NCBI GenBank assembly: GCA_012295275.1
Contig: CM022667.1
Location: 8,184,001-8,248,000, forward strand
DNA: 64,000 nucleotides
Reading direction: 5' to 3'
Source: Chrysomallon squamiferum
Taxonomy: Eukaryota > Animalia > Mollusca
This document shows, one piece after another, positions 52,142 to 64,000 of this stretch (the stretch's first letter is position 1; each line of letters opens with the position of its first letter). The translations under genes were made by a program, and so were the position numbers. Below the pieces are notes generated by a model. The model did no database searches and had not been told where the DNA came from. It worked only from the letters and a program-made list of their open reading frames with translations.

Positions 52142-53799
52142 TTTGGAATTTCTCGGATTGTGTTTCGAATTAAGAAGAATGTTATATCTAAGAACTGATG
52201 TCTTTCTTTCGATTTAACAAGAATTTTATAACTGAGAAGTGATTTCTTAGTTTGTAGGGGAGGAACGTCTTGTTCTGATGTTTCGTTTACTTTATGACGT
52301 CATATCATTATTTACGGTTACGTCAATCGAGTTATTTCCCTTGATCTGTTAACTGACTATGTCGTTCTGGTAATTTAGTCTAATAAGCCAACTAAATATC
52401 GATATTAACAGTAAATAATAATAAAATAAATAAATAAAATAAAATAAAATAAAATAAAATAAATATATATTTTTTTTTTTTTTTTTTAAAGTTATAGTTA
52501 AATAAATAAATAGTAACAAAATGAGGATCTCAACCACATTACACAGTTTTCATAATGATAATGATAATAAGAAGAATTATACTATACTATACTTTACTGA
52601 TAAATTGGTTACCACTAACAAATACGAATGAATGCGTTAAAGATGTCCAGAAAAGTGACAAACAGCAAAATGCTCATTACAACTTTTTTTTTGACTGTCA
52701 GATCAACCCTCGTCACGGACTATATCTGTCCCTCCAGTCAGGTTTCTTTTCGTGTATATTAAAGGACATCCATATATCAACATGGTGTCAAACGTTTTAG
52801 ATGAGATCTGTAAATTTTAATAATCTTTTATTTTTTTTTTTTTTTAAAAGTACATTGATAATCTCGAGGAATTTTTGTGTTGATTACATTTCGCAATTAT
52901 AGCAAACGATTTCTTAATAAAGAAATGTCTCAAAGTATTGCAATTGCTAGTCGTGCGATAATAAAATGAAATCATCTACAGTCTTTACAAAAAAAAGTAT
53001 CACTATGTAAAGGAATTAAAAAAAGTAAAAAAAAAAAATAAATGTATTTTAAAATATTTTATTAATGAACCAAACATTGCCAGGTACTGGTAGCAAATGA
53101 CGTCAGATTTATTATCCAGGTTCCACGCTTTCCAATGTGGTACATTTTCTCTATGGAAACGATCTGTCATTAATATTGTTGCAATGATCTTAAAAAGTGT
53201 CGATATTGTTAATCATAGTTTAACAGTTTAGTCAACACCTCTGTATACTGTATACCGAGTATTTTAGCAAAACTTGTAATTAAAATATTAATACTAATAA
53301 CAAAACTCATTCTATTTGCAAAGATCTATTTATTTTCTTGGAATGAAAGCATAAAAAATTGATAAAATGGATTTTTCTCTTGGTGATATTGGGTTAAAAT
53401 GTCATCAAAGACAAAGCTTTCATTTTGCCATTGTCAATACTGTTTTTACAAATACACATTTCTTTAACTTCAGCATCAAAATGTAATTCACATGCACCAC
53501 TGTTTAAAATGTATTATCACTTAATGCTATATCACAGAATGTACAAAGTATGAAGACTAAATCATGTACAAAAATACTGCTCTTATTCACTTTCTCAAAA
53601 TCTGATGAAACATTTTTATATTGCTATATGATACAGCTCTCAACTGAAATGTGTCTAATGTTCAAATTCCCGATAACTTTGTTAAATATACAGAAAACAA
53701 TGTTTAATTAAGCTGAATGGAATAGATTTTTGATTGTCATAATATTGAGGTAATTAAAGTGTCTGGGACTAATGGTAAACTGTCATCAGTTTCTAAAAC

Positions 53800-56650
<2,851 letters not shown>

Positions 56651-57713
56651 TTTCGGAATAGGTTACAATGCAAATTTAATCTCAAACACTTCTTCTTACT
56701 TGTCCCCAACAGTTTGCCGCAAAAATTATTTTCTTGTCGTATTTATAGCTTTTAATTTGACCGCTTTATCCTTCCGACATGAATAGATTTGTAAAATATT
56801 TTACGATTGGCTGTTTTTTGTGAAGGCGAACTATTTTTCTCACTGATAATTCAATTGTGTAATTACTACCCTTCTGGAGCTGTTGAAAAAGCTAATTAAG
56901 CAACAAAAGGTTCAAATTGTATTACGGCTTAAAATTAAAATAATTAGAGCACAAGCTACTCCCTGCGGATTAATTTCCAAAGAAACCAGCCATCAGACGA
57001 CTGATTACAAATATGTAAACATAGTTTTGATTGGTTGGAGAAGGATGGGCGGCAAGTAGTAAACATTATTATAATACCGTGGATTAGTTTACAAACGAAA
57101 CTCTGATAATGAACGCTTAAAACAACAACACTAATACATAAATATTATTAACCATTTTACATTTCTTTTTATTATTTTTTCGATCTTAGAAATAATGAAA
57201 TAGTAGTAATAATAATAATAATAAAAAAGTGATATAATTAATTATGTAAAACTGTATTTTTATTGTTGTCTTTAACCAGAAGATATAAGCATACTTAAGA
57301 TATAAATAAATGAATAATGATGTGGGATAACAGCAAATAACTGTTGGCTTGGATATTCATTTATTGTTTTTTTAAATTTAAAAATTATTTTCTACAGAAA
57401 ATAAGTAAAAGAATGTGTGTGTGTGTGTGTGTGTGTGTGTTCAATTTTATTTAATTTTTACACGTTTCCTAGCCATCTTTCGGCTAGACGGAAATATTTA
57501 CGCCATGTATTTATGCTCCATATTCCAGTGTATAAAATGGCATTTCGATGCTTATTCATTTGGAAATACGTGAACAATAACATAAACGTATGTTAATGTG
57601 CCGATTAAAACTTGCTGTTTTGACAGATATTGCACAACAGGCGTCCTCTCATTCAGTAATTATTTCTGATACTACACTTTATTTACACAATTTTTCCGCC
57701 TTACCGTACGAAC

Positions 57714-58621
57714 ATGGAACAGTCTATAACAAGAAGCATGGACACCAATGCGACTATGGCAGCAGCATTTGATTGTAAACAATCAGTTGGTGTACATACA
57801 TTCCAAGCAAAAATAATCAACACAACAGTTTCTTTTCAAGTTATAAAGCTTAATGATAGTTTTCATTTGTTCGTTGGAACCAAACCAACTTTAGAAAACA
57901 TGGCCATGGCCATGAAAAATAATTACGTAAGTCAACACTTAAATTTTAACTAATTTCTGTTACAGAAAACCTCAACACAACCCCGATTAATAATTACGAT
58001 TATAAATAAACAATATTTATTATTATTATTTAACGAAAAATAAATATTTATTTTATTACAGTTATATATTTATTATTATTTTCAGTTTATTAGTGCCTAA
58101 TTTGAGATGCGAACTGAATTAAATATATTTATGATTTGTCAAACTATACCGAATGTAATATAGTCACAGATTAGCACCTGTTTATTGCCTTCTTATCTAT
58201 CTGTATTGACAATTTTAATATTTTAGGAAAATCTGCCTGTCACAACACATTTGTTTGGAAGCAGTCTTGATTCAACATCTAGCAGCATTGCACAGAAATT
58301 AGGTAAGCAGCAGTCACTTCATATTATACCAGATGATTTTTATAAGAAATTTAAACATTTCTTAAAATAATACTGTTGGTAGTAAAATACTTATAAACTT
58401 GTAGAATTAATAGGAAAAGAAACAAAATTACTGATTGCCAGATTAAGTAAAAAGAGCTCAAAAAAAAAAAAAAAATCATTTTAATTTTGTTATTTTACTA
58501 AAATTTTTACTTTTATATTAATTTTTCTAGTATACTAAAAAGTTAAATTTGCTGAAATAATAATCAATATACATTCAGTTAACTTTAAGTCAACTTTTAT
58601 TTATATTATTATTATTATTAA

Positions 58622-58688
<67 letters not shown>

Positions 58689-59469
58689 GTGGCTTATGGT
58701 TCTTAATAATAAAGTAGGTTAATGACATGAGGATGAATTAAGACATGAATTTATCTATTTGTTATGACTAATTTTGTTAATATATATATATAAAATAAAT
58801 AAATAAGGAAAAAAATTAATAATAAAAATAAAAATCCTTGATCATGTGGGGATTAAACTTATTTTGCCAATGTGAATAGACTTTTATCTCTAAAAAAAAA
58901 TAAATAAAAAAAAATAAAGAAGTTAATTTACAATAAAAAATAAATTAGAAAAGATAAAGAAATAATAAAAGGGAGGACATAATAAAAATTAAAACATCAG
59001 TTTTCATGCATCAGACACTTTTTATTTTATTGACATCTTTACTGTTAGCAAAGATTAGTGAAACAGACAATTAAAATGTAATTAGGCTGTTTATCACCAA
59101 AGGTACCCTTTGTGGTTAATCTAATTTAGCTGTGCAAATCATTGATCATACATGTCTCAGTATGATTAAATACACAGATATAGCCAACATAGCATGGGTG
59201 AGTCCACAGGGGCATTTGCCCCCCCCCCACTGCACTTATTTATTTATTTATTTATTTATAAATACTGTGTAAGTGCTACAGGTATCAGTTTATTTCTCTG
59301 ACAGAGGTGACTTGGATTTCTGAATTTTTCCTGATTTTCTGGACCAAAGCCTGATAAACAATTAAGATATAAAGTAAACAATGAAAAGTATAGAGGGAAA
59401 TAGTATTTAACAGATAATGAGTAATACACTTCTAAATCTGGTTTTTGGGAAGATTTATAAATGTCTTGT

Positions 59470-59501
<32 letters not shown>

Positions 59502-59821
59502 TCAATGCCATGTAAGGTGTGTATGTGTATAATAGTGTATATGTGTAGGTGCATGTGTATGTGTACATGTGTTATGTGTGAGTGTAAGGTGTGTGTGTGT
59601 GTGTTCACGTGTGCATTTGTTTCATTGTAGGTGTTATTAAATAATAATTGTTGTAGTTGTAGATGTTTTATATTTCATGAACAGCTTTTTTTTTTTTTTC
59701 AGCCAAGAAAACAGGAAAACAGGTGTTTGTGAGTTGTAATTTAGATTATGACCCAACTTTGCTGCCTCTCGTTGAAAAACATATTTTTGAAGAACTGAAG
59801 AAAAATCCAGACAAATTTTAA
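57714..59821 (+). CDS. PSMG4: Proteasome assembly chaperone 4
   Basis: Exons 57714-57926, 58227-58302, 59703-59821 give ...VHTFQAKIINTTVSFQVIKLNDSFHLFVG..LENMAMAM..SSSIAQKLAKKTGKQVFVSCNL...VEKHIFEELKKNPDKF*, matching PAC4 motifs. The start ATG could be any of three in-frame Mets. Confidence 0.92.
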
Positions 59822-61206
59822 ATTCTTTAAGAAAAATTGAAAATAACAATTCAGCAGCAGATATTCTTGTGAGTGTGACACACAGTACAAACTTGCAGTC
59901 AGTGTGCAGTGTGACAAAGTGTTCACTATGTTGAAAAGTAATGTTTATGCAACGACATGCACAACATCGGCGGCATTAGTACATGACCTCTGACAGGTTT
60001 GCTGACCTCTGTGAATGAAATTCAGAACCAGTGTCAAAACATTTGTTTGTGTGTGAGTGTTATGTTTTGTGTGGTTATATCTGTGACAGAGAAAGAGAGG
60101 GAGAGATTGAGGAACTGAGAATGAGAAAGAAACAGAGACACAGGGAGAGGTTTTTTTGTTCAGACAGTTATATCCTGTAAAAACTTAAGCATTTTAGATG
60201 TGGTAATAAAATACGGATTTCATTCAGGAAATATTCATAATATTTTGTTAATAATGCTTTTAAATTCTTTTTGCAGTGTATATTTTGATTAATTTGACTA
60301 ATTGTTAGTTCAGATTCAAAAGAACTAAGAATTAACAATGAACTGATTTCAGTTTACAATAGAAAGTAGTAACTGAAATCTTTAATATTTAAAGACAAAC
60401 ATTTTTCATATTTTATTACATTAAATAAATTAATAATACTGATAAGAAAAATATGGAAATTTATATGTGGAAAAAAAAAAAAAAAAAAAAAAATAAATAA
60501 ATAACAACAAAGGTAATATAATAAAATAATATAAAATAAATATTAAAATTTTTAAAAATTTATTTATATAAAAAATCTCTTAAAAAAAAAAAAATAATAA
60601 TAATAAAAATAAATAAATAAGAAATAATAAAAAGCAAGCTTTGTCAGCATATTTCTCTGAGCATTAAATACAAGCAAGAGCCTATCTTTATAAGCTGTAA
60701 GACGAAAATCACATAGCTACCAGGTCTATAAACTTGAACTATTAATCACCATGACAACGAAGGTCTGGTTGCAGTATTGTGTCTGGAGGTGTTCATAGAA
60801 AAGAAAAGTGTATTTAACAAATACAAGTAATTTGATGTTACATAAAGAGATAATTACAGATAAGGGATTATGAATGCTCGTGTTACAGAAACATGAAATT
60901 GCGCCCACTGTAAACCGACACTAATTTGCTTTTCAGAGGTTACTTTAACAAGCCTCGTTAATTGAATACTGTGTTACATAATCCAAGCATGGGTCACTGA
61001 ATTATTGAAATGCTGTTCTGTTGTCTGGAGTGACAAGTAAATAATAAATAAATGTGAGATTTGGACTTGCATAACTTGCAAAAAATGATTAACACTTTTA
61101 GGTTAATATACATACCTCTCACAAAATGTTGATTGACACCTGCAGGTGCATTTTCGAAATAACATCCATTTTAAGAAAATTTTGTTGTTGGTTATTATTA
61201 TTATTA

Positions 61207-61244
<38 letters not shown>

Positions 61245-61446
61245 TGTTATTATTTGTATCATTGTTATTAGTGTTATTGTTACTATTATTTTGTTGTTAT
61301 AGTTTTTGTTATTAGTATCATTTATGGTGTTTGTGGTAGCAGTAGTGATAGTATTATTACTACAAATACTATTGTTACTATTGCTACTGTTATTATTATT
61401 GTAAAACTACTACTGCTATTATTTTATTATTATATTTTAATTACTA

Positions 61447-61499
<53 letters not shown>

Positions 61500-61659
61500 A
61501 CGTTTTATACAGAGACTTAAGGTACAGAAAATGTTTAAGGTGCATTTCACATTTGTGAGTGCAAGCACATACACACCAACATACAAACATGCACATAAAA
61601 TTAGATATAAACTGATATCATACTGGTTAAGTCCTTATCAAATCACCCCCAAAGTAACA

Positions 61660-62190
61660 TTTTAACCCCACCTCAAGTTTGCAGAAATTTGCTGGTCTTG
61701 GCATAATAGCCTAAATCTCAAATGTTAACTGAAATCAGCAGTTTTGGATGTATCGGACATTGAAATTTTGGCAAAAATGGGTTTTGACCACCACTTCTTA
61801 AGTGCTGATATCTCAGTAACCTGTAGATCTGTTTTCATGAAACTGATGTCACTGGAAAGCTAATTTGGTAAGGATTCCAAACCTGCTATTATTTTCTTGA
61901 GCAACACAAATTAAGTTCTGATAACCTTTATGGCTTTTTGTTTGACTTTTACAATTTAAAAGGAAATACATTTGTAGAACACAACCACCATGTCTTACAA
62001 GACAAAGAAATTTCTGACAGCATTACACAAAAATAAATTTTCAAAAACAATTTCATTCATTCATTTACAGTCTAACTTTAAAATTTTCACTTTTGGCACA
62101 GTCATTATTTTAGCAGTGCCGTTCTTGCAGGTTTTACACTCACTGAGTCATTTGACATTGACTGTCCCACGTGCAATCTTAGAGTGATAA
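61660..62190. mobile_element. Possible degenerate DNA-transposon relic
   Basis: Complex non-coding patch with gatatctcagtaac...tcatgaaactg...tcactggaaag text reminiscent of non-autonomous DNA elements; no TIR or TSD resolved. Confidence 0.25.
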
Positions 62191-63628
62191 TTATTTAAAT
62201 CTTACTCTTTTAGTTTCATTCATCCCCAATGATTCCATTTACCATTCCATTCACACTATCTACAGTAGTAAGAGTTCTATTTCAATTTGGAAATAATTTT
62301 ATGCCTTACAGAAATAATAATAACTACAGTAAGAGTAACAAGAAGAAAAGAAAAACAAATGGTTTAATTTGACAGTGTTTATTATACACATTATTTGATT
62401 ATTTCATGAACTGAGAATCATAATTCAACAACAATATTTTGTGCAGTAAAGCTAAGACGCACAAAATATTTAAATATTTATTCTTTTAAATAATTTGTTC
62501 TGTTTCTATAACAAACTTCTGTCTTTTTATACACAAAAAATTTAAACACTCTGATTTTACAATTTGACATGAAAGAATAATTAAATTTGAACAACCTGAT
62601 AAATATCAAAACAGTTTATCTTACAAAATGCACTGCATTTATTCCACACAAATGTTACCTGATACTGAATCTACACAAAACAAATAAAATTAAAGATTGA
62701 CAAGATCACACATATGACATGAATAATTCATGTCGCTGATGAAACTTTGAGTTTTTGTCTGCTAATACAGTGAATAAACCAACTGCCAGTGTGATGGTTT
62801 TTATAAGAAATATAAATTTTAGTTTGTTTGTTTATAATGAAAAACCATCTAAACATGTCATTTATACACAGCAAATGGAAAAAAGTTCAAATAGTTTCTT
62901 TCCCTACCCTGACCTCAAACACTAACAATGAAGTGATAGCTGATATAGTTTTAAAAAATAAAGTGTTTTATTAAATTACATATTTAATGTTTAGTCATGA
63001 TAAATTGGTAATAAACTTAATTTTTAAATTCAAACTTTGTTTAAATTTTATTTCTATTTTTTATAATATTGATTATTCAAATTGGCTATTGTGAAATGTA
63101 GTTACGTTATTCATAAACTAAAAAACTAAAATAACATTCCAGTGAATCACAAGACATGATTAGGCTAAACAACCCAGTTTATAATAGAGCCCTATGCATG
63201 AACAAAGGAAAATTTTTTTATTTTTTTATTTGATCTGCCTCATGTTGTGAAAACTGCATTCACATTAAGATGTTCAAGTATTAATTTTCTATAAATGAGT
63301 GAAACAAAGCCATCCTTTCAAAGCCTTTTACTACAGAACGTTTTTGTAAAACTTGCACCCTGCAGTATTAATCCAGTTTACATCACTATAACACGTCTTG
63401 TCCACATAATCCCTGTGTCATCTCTATTATATTACGGGAGCAAAGTACACATCATAATGTCAAATATTACATTACTGCCAAATGTATGTAATGAAACAAT
63501 ATTGTTACATTACACATCAAAATACTTAAAGAAAAAAACATCCAAGCACCTTATTTTTTTCTTTCCTTTTTTATTATTACAAATTTTTATTGAGAGGAGA
63601 GGTTAAATGATTAGAAAACTTGTGTATG

Positions 63629-63754
63629 CTATGTCATCTTTTTCTGCTGGTTGAACTCGGAGTGTTGCAGGGATCCGAGGATCGTGTCTCGCAGGTAGCT
63701 TGTTTTGCCAGTCCAATCAGCCAGTGCCATAGAGTTCCAGATGTAATGAGGGAT
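63629..63754 (-). CDS. Probable terminal coding exon of an unidentified gene extending beyond the window
   Basis: Acceptor ..TTTTCTTGTCATACCTAG| then IPHYIWNSMALADWTGKTSYLRDTILGSLQHSEFNQQKKMT*. A GC-richer island in AT-rich flanks; frame assumed to be phase 0. Confidence 0.6.
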   Translation of the reverse strand: MPHYIWNSMALADWTGKTSYLRDTILGSLQHSEFNQQKKMT

Positions 63755-64000
63755 CTAGGTATGACAAGAAAACATTATTTAAATTATACATAGAGTTCCA
63801 GATGTAATGAGGGATCTAGGTATGACAAGAAAACATTATTTAAATTATACATAGAGTTCCAGATGTAATGAGGGATCTATGTATCACAAGAAAACATTAT
63901 TTAAATTATACATAGAGTTCCAGATGTAATGAGGGATCTAGGTATGACAAGAACACATTATTTAAATTATACATAGAATTACAGATGTAATGAGGGATCT
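63728..64000 (-). repeat. Tandem array (>=4.5 x 61 bp, truncated by the window end) reiterating the acceptor and first 27 nt of that terminal exon
   Basis: Plus-strand unit catagagttccagatgtaatgagggat|ctaggtatgacaagaaaacattatttaaattata at 63728, 63789, 63850, 63911 and ~63972. Confidence 0.93.

Overview
AT-rich, microsatellite-rich, intron-containing animal genomic DNA. It looks invertebrate and possibly molluscan/lophotrochozoan, but the taxon cannot be fixed from sequence alone. Genes in order: 3' part of cytosolic alanyl-tRNA synthetase (AARS1, +), MRPL52 (-), ANKS6 (+), NOP10 (-), tRNA-Lys(TTT) (+), a single-coding-exon LRR-TM protein resembling a TIR-less Toll ectodomain end (-), a PPR-like helical-repeat protein (+), BPHL (-), three tandem beta-tubulin genes (-; A 38267-46707, divergent B 48987-52141, canonical C 53800-56650), PSMG4 (+), and the last exon of an unidentified gene (-). 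Most notable: (1) two unrelated ~60-bp tandem arrays that each reiterate a real 3' splice acceptor plus the start of its exon; in tubulin A the unit reads as an in-frame 33-nt exon followed by a GT..AG spacer; (2) a highly divergent beta-tubulin with substitutions in the GTP-binding loops, an MVREI start and no acidic tail; (3) the same 1-nt deletion in tubulins B and C; (4) the BPHL-TUBB-PSMG4 gene order also seen at human 6p25. Exon models were read by eye from GT/AG sites and recalled protein similarity; no database search was run.
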